Origin: Podarcis vaucheri
Taxonomy: Eukaryota
Length of the DNA stretch: 64,000 nucleotides
NCBI GenBank assembly: GCA_965113315.1
Contig: OZ220379.1
Reading direction: 5' to 3' (one strand)
The translations under genes and the position numbers were made by a program. Positions 11,219-21,880 of this stretch are shown in pieces (the first letter of the stretch is position 1; every line of letters begins with the position of its first letter). The notes beneath the pieces are model-generated. The model did not search any database, was not told the origin of the DNA, and was given only the letters and a program-made list of their open reading frames with translations.

Positions 11219-11859
11219 GTGTATGTATAATTTACATAAGCTACAAACACTGAACCCAATATTGCATGGCATTTACATTAGATTTTACTGAGGGCATTAC
11301 AATAGTGTGTCAGTTTGAATGTCAATGACAGCAATATCCTCATTGCAGGAATTAATCTGGTAATGTTAGTTTCCATGATCCATTAACACCAAAAGGAACT
11401 TGGCTGCACCATAGATTTGATAATTAAAATGATGAGCCATGTTGGAAATATCCATTAACTCTACCCTTTTAACATTCTTGCACAGTTGCTTCTTGCTATT
11501 CATATCTTTTGCTTGCAGCTGCTCATGCTAATAATATTCACTAATTATACTGTGTTATGATATTCTCTCTGGGCTTTTGGTTGGCTCTCTCTGTGTGTAT
11601 CTTTAGCATCTGCTACTTCCCTGCTCTTCGGGATCCAATTTAGGAAACAATGTTCAAACAGCTTTTAAAGTCTGTATTATATAGTTATTGAAACAGCTTT
11701 CAGGCAAAAGGGGTAGATTATTAAGACAATATATTCTTCTTAAATGAGTTGTCAGAATAAGCTTCTTGCACAGACTGTTACATGAATTACCCCCACATAC
11801 AATCTGTATACCTCCTAAAAGTTTTGAAGGTGCCATTCCCACTCCACCAACTACTTATA

Positions 11860-12186
11860 AAGGTAAAGGGACCCTGACCATTAGGTTCAGTCGTGACCTA
11901 CTCTGGGGTTGCAGTGAGGGAGCCGGTGTACAGCTTCCAGGTCATGTGGCCAGCATGACTAAGCCGCTTCTGGCGAACCAGAGCAGCACACAGAAACACC
12001 GTTTACCTTCCCCCAAAGTGGTACCTATTTATCTACTTGCACTTTGACGTGCTTTCGAACTGCTAGGTTGGCAGGAGCAGGGACCGAGCAACGGGAGCTC
12101 ACCCCGTCATGGGGATTCAAACCGCCAACCTTGTGATCGGCAAGTCCTAGGCTCTGTGGTTTAACCCACAGCACCACCCGCGTCCC
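11860..12186 (-). mobile_element. Sauria SINE (subfamily 1, internal deletion)
   Basis: Reverse complement of the SINE consensus; TSD CCAACTACTTATA at 11847-11859 and 12188-12200. Confidence 0.9.
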
Positions 12187-12655
12187 TCCAACTACTTATA
12201 GTACCTATTTTATTGTACTGCAGGATTTCAAAGCTACTATTGATTCCAGTAGTATTTAAGCTCAGCCGCCACGATTTAAGCAGGACATCCCGGAATTACA
12301 GAAGCCTTCTGACTGGATTCCAGAATGTCCCATTTTTGGTCCAAAACTCTGGCACAAGCCAGCTGAGCAAACGGCACTCATTTTTTGGGTTGGATGCACT
12401 GATGGGAACCAGCTGCTAAAGAAGGCAAGGGGAGGTGTCAGATGGCTTCTGTGTGCCATCTTCAAACTGCCATAGGGTACAGACACACCATACATTAACA
12501 GGGCAGTTCCATCCACAGACAGGATCTTGTGCTATAGTTTACCCCTCGGAGAGCTACAATTCCCATCACCCTGAACAAACTTGTTTCCAGGAATCCTTTT
12601 TTGGGGAGTGGGGTGGATGAACTTTAAACTTACAGTGTGTGTGCATGCAGCCTTT

Positions 12656-13021
12656 GTTGTTGTTGTTTAGTCGTTTAGTCGTGTCTGATTCTTTGTGACC
12701 CCATAGACCAGAGCACACCAGGCACTCCTGTCTTCCACTGCCTCCCGCAGTTTGGTCAGACACACGTTTGTAGCTTCGAGATCACTGTCCAACCATCTCA
12801 TCCTCTGTCGTCACCTTCTCCTTGTGCCCTCCACCTTTCCCAACATCAGGGTCTTTTCCAGGGAGTCTTCTCTTCTCATGAGGTGGCCAAAGTATTGGAG
12901 CCTCAGCTTCAGGATCTGTCCTTCCAGTGAGCACTCAGGGCTGATTTCCTGCAGAATGGAGAGGTTTGATCTTCTTGCAGTCCATGGGACTCTCAAGTCT
13001 CCTCCAACACCATAATTCATA
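12656..13021 (-). mobile_element. Bov-B (RTE) LINE 3' fragment
   Basis: [38 protein letters not shown]; (CAA)n tail; TSD ATGCAGCCTTT at 12645-12655 and 13022-13032. Confidence 0.92.
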
Positions 13022-13439
13022 ATGCAGCCTTTATACCTTTTAGATGTGTTTAGGGGATGGGTGGGGGTTTTTTGGTTTGTGTATTTTGTGCATGACTTTT
13101 ATTACGCATTTTGTGTTTTTAATCTTGTCTTTTAATGTTGTGAACTGCCCTGAGAACTACAGATGCAGGTGGTATACAAATTTAAATGAATTCATCATCA
13201 TCATCATCATCTATCTGAAAGCAGGCATGGCAGCCTAGCAAGAACCATGGGCAGAAGGACTGGATGTTCCCCACAATAACAGAGTTGTATGGAGGCAGAG
13301 CAAAAAAAATTAAAATTAAAAAAAATTCCATCACGTAAAAGTATTTAGTAATACTAAAAAAATCAACATCACTATGAGTTTTTCAACCTCGCAAGAACAA
13401 GAGCACTGAGGACTACAAGCATGAAAACTAAGATGCTGA

Positions 13440-14300
13440 GTGTCGGGCCGGTTCGTTTTTTGTCAAGCAAATTCATCCGTTTGAGAGAACGGGCAGATTC
13501 TGCGCATGCGCACTGGTTCTTTCTTGCGTCCCTCACGCCGCCTTCTTGCAGAGATAAGAAAAAATGGAAGGATATAGAGCCTCAAAAAGCCAACCCCAGT
13601 AGACGTGAAAACTGTACTTAGAATAAGCGCTACTAAGCTCAACGGTCCTTATAACTGAGGTTACAGCCTTAATTATTTTCTATTCTGTGTGCAAAACCGA
13701 AATAATCTATGATTCTTTGCCCGCGTCTCTTATTCGTAGCTCACCGGAAGTTTAGGCCGCTAAAGCCCCTTCAACGGAAGCGTCGTCAAGGTCTTAAAGA
13801 AGACGCTACCCTTTTCCTATCTCTATCGTCTTCCCCTCAACTCCGCGCAGGCGCGACGCACTGACGTCACGTCACCTGAGACGCTTTTCCTTCGAGGCCT
13901 TCGGTTCCTGGGCGCCTTGACGTCACGTCCTCCTTTAGCGGTCGGACGAGGAGAAGGCAAGATGATCCCGCCGGTGGAGGTTTCCCCGCTGATCAAGGTA
14001 ACGGAGCCCCGTGTCGGGCGTCGCTCTCTCTCGGGGCGGCCGGCCAGCCATCCGCGCGCGGCGGGAAGCCGAGTCAGGCGCTTCCCCTCCGCTGCCGGAA
14101 GGTGACCTCGGAGGAGGAGGAGGTCAAGGAGAGCGGCTGGGAAGCGCCTGGCCTTCTGCGCCTGCGCGTCCGAGACAGCTGGGCGTCCGAATGCCGGTTG
14201 CTGGAAGCCTCAGGCGGCGGGGAGAAGGGGTCGGCTCTGGTTCCCAGGCCCCTATTGAAGGGCCTGCGAGGATAGGGAGAGCCCTGCTGGGTCAGGCCAA
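13440..14300 (+). promoter_or_regulatory. ATP5ME CpG-island promoter with NRF1, ETS/GABP and CRE sites
   Basis: TGCGCATGCGCA 13501-13512; ACCGGAAGT 13743-13751; TGACGTCA 13862-13869 and 13918-13925; dense CpG around exon 1. Confidence 0.8.
13962..13997 (+). CDS. ATP5ME: ATP5ME exon 1
   Basis: MIPPVEVSPLIK|GTAACG. Confidence 0.95.
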
Positions 14301-17300
14301 GGACTCATCATCATCATCACCACCACCACCAATTTAAACTACTCATTTTTACATCCTCAAGATATCAGTGACTTCGCTTCTTCTCTTTCCATGGTTCATA
14401 AATCCCTGCATGTTTTACAAAAAAAAACAACCCTATGCCATTCAGGATTCCATTATTACATCCATCAAAACTTATTTACACTGTTGAATTTACCTTAATG
14501 CTGCCAGCGTTTTCAGGTGTACACAGGTATTTCCCATATACAGTCATACCTTAGGTTACAGACGCTTTGGGTTGCACACCATGCCGAACCCGGAAGTACT
14601 GGAATAGGGTACTTCTGGGTTTTGGTGCATGTGCAGAAGTGCTAAATCACGCTTTGTGCATGTGCATAAGCCCCGAATCGCGGCCCACACATGCGCAGAC
14701 ATAGCGCTGTGCGTTCAGAACATGCTTCTTGCACGGATCACATTCGCAACACAAGCATCCACTGTATTCAATAACCGTTTTCCAATTGATTGTTTTCTGC
14801 CCTCCTAAAAGCCTTCCAGTAGGCTTGCCATTCACCCTCTAATCTGTTAACATGTTTACTTACGAAAATACCTTCAGCCTGGATTTTCTGGAGTAAATGC
14901 CTGCAAGGTGGCTAACAACTCAAAATGCAAAGTGTGTGTGTGTGAATGTTGTGTGTCTTACGCAAATATACTAAAAGGCATTTTCAGATGCTCAGTAGGA
15001 ATATGAACTGTAATAGCTGAAATGAGAGGAAGCTAATTGGAAAACCAACTGTTTTTGCTTGTAGTTTTAGTGTGGCATCAATTGTGCATTGGAACTCCCT
15101 GTCTTTAGAGATCAGGCCTTTATTCTATTATCTTTGGTGCCTACATATTTTGTGTGTGTGTGTTTATTTGGGCAAACCTATCTAGATATGTTGATGTGTT
15201 TTAATCTCTGTTTAGTTTACTGCTGATTTTAATTGTTTTTAATTACTTGCTTTTAAATGTTCTCTGTTGATAGTTTTGTTATTCTTGTAAGCAGCTTAGA
15301 GGTTCTGTTGTAATCAAGTGGTATGTAAAATTTGTTCAAACAAACATGGGCAGAATGTTAAAATGGGTAAAGGTACTTACGCAAGCATTTGGCTCTTCAC
15401 TCAATATTCATAATTGAGCAAAAATCATTACTTTGATTAAAACTTAACCGAATACCATCCTTTTTTTGTGAAACCATTTCCAGAATGGAATGTCCTCCTA
15501 TTTGACTTTCAACTGAAGGTGCTTGGCCTTCTATTTTAGCTGTAGTGTAAAAGGCTTGTCCTAAATCAGGAATAGGGAACCTTTGGACCACCAGATGCTG
15601 CTGAGGTGATAGGAGTTGTAGTTCTGCAAAATATGGAGAGCCAAAGGTTCCCCAAACCTGCTCTAAACTGTGTAGTCCTTAAAATCTGAGAACTGCAAGA
15701 TAAAGGGTGTTTATGTGTTTGTGTATTTAAGACATGTTCTTTCTGTTTCATCCTTGTGCAATTTATTTTACAGTTCGGCAGGTATTCAGCACTGCTCATT
15801 GGGATAGTCTATGGAAAGAAAAGATATGGTAAGGAAAACTGTTATCTAATCCAGGGTTGGTTAGGCTGTGGTCCTCCAGATGTTGTTCTACAACTTTCAG
15901 TATCCCTGGCTGTTGTCTATGATGAGGCTGAGGGAAGTTGAGAATCCAACAAGATCTGAAGTGCATCAGGTCCCTTGTGCTTATATAAGCTTCTAATTGA
16001 CCAATTAACCATATTCAGTTTCTTGCATTTGCGCTTGAAAACTAAATTGTAAATATGAAGATAGGCAGTGATTCTACATTCCAGACACTTGTAATTCTCC
16101 ATGGATTTACATTATGCAAATGCTTCTGCTTTTCTCCTCTGTTGCTTCTTGTATTAAAGTGTTCCTCTTTCTTATAAATCCCTTGCAAGATGTTCTAGAA
16201 TAGATCCTCAGTTGCAAAAAGAGTGCCTGGTCACATGAATCAGTCAGGAATCCCCAGGCTTTTGAGTTTATTTGTGTTGGGTTTTTTAAAGATGTGAATA
16301 ACATGCACATGTTCACAGAAACACTTTTTATAAAGTGTTTAAAAAGCTATTGTAGAAAATATTCCTGATGAGTTTAGTGTATCTGTATTCAGGTAGGTAG
16401 CCATGTTGGTCTGATGCTGTCAAAATATATATAAAAATAAAAAATTGTCCAGTAGCTAAGACAAACTTAGTTGGTCTCTAAGGTGCTACTGGACAATTTT
16501 TTATTTTTCTATATATTTCGACTTAGTGTATCCGTGTTTAGCTTTCCAAAGTTTTGTAACAATAAAACCAAAAATAATTTACATAAAGTGGGGAAATTAT
16601 ATTGTAGAATCTATCTTCTGGAAAGAATTCCGAGTAGTAAGTTCACTGTTGGTGCATATCTGTACATATAAAAAAATGTAAGAGCGTCATCACCCCGCAG
16701 TTTGCTTCGCCACTCACTGGTGGCACTGTAAATTACAGTGTGGAGAGAAGCAGTGCATAGGTGGCCCAGAAGAACTGCGGAGGGACATCCAGAACAGGCT
16801 TCAGCAGCCCCCCAGCAGCCCCCATGCCCCACTGGCTCTTCAGCCTACCAGCTCCAGGATCCAGATCTCCAGGCCAGCTGACACCACTACTGGCCACCTT
16901 TCTCCTTTCTGGCCAGCTTGGGAATCCACTGCTTCTGCCAGTGCTCAGAAATGCAGAAAGGGCCAAGTTTTTAAATTTGAGTCCCCCTAAAGCGCTATGG
17001 TTCACCTGAGGCATTTCTGATGTATTTCACTTAAACTTTGACGTGTTGCGTGTATCTAATGAGTTGAAGCAATATGTAGTATACGATGAACACTCAGTAT
17101 TTACTGAGCAAGTCTTCCGTTGGTCAGAAAGATTATCATGCATTTGTAAATATACAGTCATCATGAAAATTCATTTTTTTAATGATAGACTATTTGAAGC
17201 CTATTGCTGAGGAGGAAAGGAGAATAGAAGCAGAGGAGAAGAAGAAGCGTGAGGAAATGGAACGAATTGCAAAAGCACTGGCAGAAGGTATTTTTCCTAA

Positions 17301-18252
17301 ATATAGTCCATCTTTTAAGTTTAAAAACAAGTGTGTGTGTGTATAAAATCTTAGAGTACAATGTCTCAAGTCTATCAGGTCATGTGATGGAAATGATCAT
17401 AGGTGACACTTAAAATTCTAGTCACTAAAAAGGACTTAATTGAAGAGTTAACCTTTGGGGAGCATAAGAACAGAAACGGCTCGATTGATTGGATTTCTGT
17501 GAGCAGAATTCCACAGTTGATATTCTGTACTGTCCGTTGCTTATTTCAAAAAGAAGCTTGTTCTACAAGAAAAATTTGTTTTTGTACATTCTTTTGATGA
17601 TTTTACCTTAAAAAGAAATTTATTCCCTCACCTGCCCCCCTGTAAACCTATAAGAGACTCAAGAACAATTTGGATCATCTTTCTGAATAGTACCAGCTTC
17701 CTTGTGTATGCATCTCGGCACAATTCTTTCCTTGCTAAGAACAGCTATTGGAAACAACTGAGAAGGAATGAGTTATGAGTATAGGAAATTCACTTCCTAT
17801 CTTAGACTTGTGTATCATTAAACAGTAACTGACTAAATTGCATGGTGTTTGGGGCAGTTCTCTTCTAGTGCGGTTAGAAAAATACTTGGAAGCAGATGTA
17901 ACAAATAGGATGTTTAACAAGCTCCTGTTAACTACTATGTGTGGTTTAAAAATGGGAATTTGTTGTAAAATGCTTGATGCATGCTTCAGATATATGTAAC
18001 CACTTATGAACCCCTTCTCTCATATTGTATTACAATGTATCTCATATTATGGGGAGAATTAAATGGCTGCATTCTTGACCATCTTACAGTATTTAATGAA
18101 GATTGCAGAAATCAGTTGCCAACAGTATATCTGACGTGGCTTGCTGAAGTATATTTAGTCTGTATACTCTGGTGTTATTTGAATGCTGAACCAATTATCT
18201 TAATCGTTTTATTCTTTCCTTTTCAGCTAGCGACGATTCAATACTGAAATAA
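13962..18252 (+). CDS. ATP5ME: ATP synthase membrane subunit e, whole spliced CDS span (4 exons, 216 nt, 71 aa)
   Basis: Exons 13962-13997, 15774-15828, 17189-17287, 18227-18252: MIPPVEVSPLIKFGRYSALLIGIVYGKKRYDYLKPIAEEERRIEAEEKKKREEMERIAKALAEASDDSILK*; GxxxG in the TM helix. Confidence 0.96.
14541..14764. mobile_element. Degenerate Tigger-like MITE
   Basis: TA-CAGTCATACC...CCACTG-TA ends, internal motifs related to family A. Confidence 0.55.
15567..15660. mobile_element. Short palindromic hAT-type MITE
   Basis: CAGG...GGGAACCTTTGG / CCAAAGGTTCCC...CCTG. Confidence 0.6.
15774..15828 (+). CDS. ATP5ME: ATP5ME exon 2
   Basis: FGRYSALLIGIVYGKKRY, AG/GT. Confidence 0.95.
16391..16522. mobile_element. 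Palindromic Penelope-derived (pLTR) remnant
   Basis: Inverted arms ...AAATAAAAAATTGTCCAGTAGC / GCTACTGGACAATTTTTTATTT...; family assignment from recollection of squamate PLE ends. Confidence 0.5.
17189..17287 (+). CDS. ATP5ME: ATP5ME exon 3
   Basis: (D)YLKPIAEEERRIEAEEKKKREEMERIAKALAE. Confidence 0.95.
18227..18252 (+). CDS. ATP5ME: ATP5ME exon 4
   Basis: (A)SDDSILK*; AATAAA at 18248-18253 and 18346-18351. Confidence 0.92.
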
Positions 18253-19592
18253 ACCTGCTTGATCTTCGTCTTCACCTTTTAATATCGAATGTATGAAATT
18301 TTGAAGTAGTTGATCTCAAGTGTCAAACACAAACTTATTTACATCAATAAACAGATGGAAGTTGGAAGAGCTGTTGTCAGATTCACTAATGTACAAAGTA
18401 CAAATGGCATAAAATCATTTCTTTCATATTTATCTAGCAAGCAGGAGGTTTCATATATTACTTTTCATGCGACAATATTTGTGAAAATCGAAGCAGTATC
18501 TAATTCTCAGCTGTCTGTGTGAAAGAACGCTTGGTTTCCTTCCGCTGCTGCTGTAATGTAGACTTTTCCAGATAATAGGACAGTAAGTTACAAGTCAGCT
18601 GCTTGTAGGGGGTGTAGTTGTTGCACTTCTAGGCAATACAGTTGGCCTGTTTGCTTGTGTAATAAATAGATTTCAGTACACAACTTCAAAAGATGAACTG
18701 ACTGGGTGGCATAGGAATGCATGTTAAAACACCAATAATTTCATCACTGTCAGCCTTGGAAACTTAAGTCTGTATGTACAAGTATTTCATACTACATTTT
18801 GTGTGGCCAGTTCTAATACCTTTGGAAACATGTGACACCCAGTAATTTGATACGTTAAATAAAAAGCAGACTTCATTTATTCAAAGTGTTTTGTTATGCT
18901 TCCTGTAAGGAGATGCTGCCTCATAAGAGTTTGCACGATGGCATTTGATGGCAATCAAAAACTGATTCTAGTAGTTGGAATCCATTGTAGGATGAAGTGC
19001 ACAAAAGCCAGACAAATTATTATTATTATTATTTATTTATTAAATTTGTATCCTGCCCTATACCCGCAGGTCTCAGGGCCGTTCACAATATAAAATCACA
19101 ACTTCTGAATATAAAATCACAATATCAAACTACAAAATACATTACAAAAATAAGAACAGCCCAATAATCCCCCCTCCCCAACACATTTTAATAATGGCCT
19201 GGGCCACTTATATATTTATTTACTTTTATTTCACAAAACCTTTACATTGCTTGATGCTTAAAAAAAAGAAAAAACAACCCTCAAAGCAATTTATAAAAAC
19301 CTATCCATTGTGCAAGGATTGCACTGCAACTGATGATGCTTCTGTCAAGCCGCCTGCATTTTGGTCTTTAGTTGGGGTATAAATGGGTTTCTTGTATTCA
19401 GAGCCAGGCATGTTCTGTTGCGAGAATAAAGGAAGATGGGAAAAGCATGTGAACCTCCCTGAGGCAAGAATGGGGTGAAAAGATAGTGGGGAAAACCTTG
19501 TGTTTCTGTGCTCATCCTAGAGCGTGTCAGTGAAGTAAACCCCAAAGAATAGGGAGGAAGCAATACGCACACCCAGTTTGAAGTGGAGGTGA

Positions 19593-19903
19593 CAGGGAGT
19601 TGGTGGAGGAGGGAGAAAGGTTGTTTTCTGCTGCTCCAGAGAAGCGGACACGGAGCAATGGATCCAAACTACAAGAAAGAAGATTCCACCTAAACATTAG
19701 GAAGAACTTCCTGACAGTAAGAGCTGTTCGACAGTGGAATTTGCTGCCAAGGAGTGTGGTGGAGTCTCCTACTTTGGAGGTCTTTAAGCAGAGGCTTGAC
19801 AACCATATGTCAGGAGTGCTCTGATGGTGTTTCCTGCTTGGCAGGGGGTTGGACTCGATGGCCCTTGTGGTCTATTCCAACTCTATGATTCTATGATTCT
19901 ATG
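19593..19903 (+). mobile_element. CR1 LINE 3' end
   Basis: [52 protein letters not shown] followed by an (ATTCTATG)n tail. Confidence 0.92.
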
Positions 19904-20284
19904 GACAAGCGGGAGAATAGATCTGCTGATCAGCTGGCTGGAGAAAACTGGGATGCATGGTAGCTCTGGCAGTCTGCATTGCCACCTGCCTGGCTTGTCT
20001 TGGTGTAGCTCATTATCAAGCCAGCTGTGGTGGAGGGGGGACTACTGCTAAATTCCATGGGATCTGGGCTATGGGATTCCATCTCGTCCCCCCATTGGTT
20101 TTTCAGGGCTGAGAAACCTCTAGCTATCCAGGTGTTGCCAAACTCCAAACACTTCCCAAACCCACATTCCTGACTTTTGGCAATGCTGACTGGGATTGAA
20201 GGGAATTGGAATGCTACAATGCCTAGAGGGCCACTCGGAGCTGTATAAAACTGCTAACTGAGGTCACCTGGGAGTTTGTAGCAA

Positions 20285-20645
20285 AGTGTCATCGATATGC
20301 AAATGATACCCAACTCCATTTCATCCAATTCAGGTGAGACACATTGGGTAAACCAGTGTCTGGGTGTGCTATGAAGTGGATGAGGTCCAGTAAACTAAAA
20401 TAGAATGCAGATTAGTCCTTTTGGTGGGTGGTTCATCTACATGGGTTTGTGGTGGTCCACTTCTCTGAAGGGACACAATCGCAATCTACAGAGTTGATTG
20501 TGGATCCATCTTTGCGTTGGAAGTGTCTGTGACCCTCTCTGGACCAAGAGAGCAGGGAATACTGATCTATAAACTGGTTACTTTCAGATTATATACAGTA
20601 CTGCCTTTGAAGAGCATTTGGAAACTGCAATTAGTCCAAAACAAA
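20285..20645 (+). mobile_element. Degenerate L2-type LINE fragment
   Basis: Decayed YADD-like region (TATGCAAATGATACCCAACTC) and KLQLVQN motif. Confidence 0.55.
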
Positions 20646-21129
20646 AACATTTGGGGTCTATGTAAATATTCAAGTCAATTAAATTATTACTGTTTAGCTG
20701 TTAACTCGATTTTACTCAGCAAACAAATTACGGATATAGTATGTCCTAAAGTAGATAAGAATCAAGCATCAACATTGTGGTCTTCCTTTTGTTTGTTAAC
20801 AAAACCTTCAGCTTGCTTTCTTTCTTTTGTAAAAGCTGATGCTCAGCTGAGAGTAGTGCAAGTGAAGATAGTAATTTCTTGTCATTTCTCGACCGATAAA
20901 AGCATTCTAGAAGCAGCTTAAAAATATGAATTTCATCCAGAATTCTCAGGGTTGCCAGGAGCAACAATATTCTTCAGTAAGTCCATCTTTGTTGTTGATT
21001 TTGTGCAAAAAGTGGCATACGAATAAAACGAACGAAGGAATTATTAGCTGGTCCATCATACATGATTCTCCTTAACGGTGGGACCAATGTTTAAAACGGC
21101 ATATTTTTAAAGGAAAAAATGGAAATAGG

Positions 21130-21880
21130 ACTTGAGCGCGTGGTTGCCGCTGGGGGCCGGCAGCGAGCAGTCTCCCTCCCTCTGCCTCATGTGATTCGGC
21201 CCTTGAGCCAAAGGAAGGCGGAGCCCGGAGGCCTTGGACCGTCCCGAGCGAGGAGGTGCTTTTCTGTCGAGGTGCAGCCCCCGTTTCCCCATCTCATGCT
21301 GGCCTTCCTCGCGCGAGCGCCCCGTCCTCTCCTCTCCGGCTCAGCCGGCAGCCCAGGGAGGGCTATGGCGGCGGCAGCGCGGCAAGGTTTGCGCAGCAGC
21401 AGCAGCAGCAGCAGCAGCAAGAAACTGGTGGAGTGTTTCTACGACGTGCTGTCTCCGTATTCCTGGCTGGGATTCGAGGTAACAGCGGTGGAAGAAGGGG
21501 GCCTGGAGGGGGGACCGGGACAGTCTTCCCCCTCTCCCCCCAGATCGCAGCACCCTGCTGGGACAGCCGCCCTTGCACCCCTCGCCAAGAACTCCGGCGC
21601 AACTTTGTTTTGCTCAGATGGCCACTCTCCGTGGGTCCCGTCGGTTTTCCTTCCGTACTTAGGAGGGTCACGAAAAGTAGAACTGCAAAGTCGGAAGTGT
21701 CCTGGTTGACCTGCGATCGACAAGTGGATCGCCGGTGTGCTTCCGGTCGATCGCGGTAGTTAAATAAGAGATCGCCCGGTCGCCCCTGAGCGCTCGTGAC
21801 GCGCCCCGGGCTGTTAACGCATTTAGTCCCCGCGTCGGCTGCTGCGCGTGGGAAGCAGGGAGGGCTGCGAAACGCAGAGT
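21130..21880 (+). promoter_or_regulatory. GSTK1 CpG island
   Basis: GC- and CpG-dense region spanning exon 1. Confidence 0.75.
21365..21478 (+). CDS. GSTK1: GSTK1 exon 1 (upstream in-frame ATG at 21296 possible)
   Basis: [38 protein letters not shown]|GT. Confidence 0.9.
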
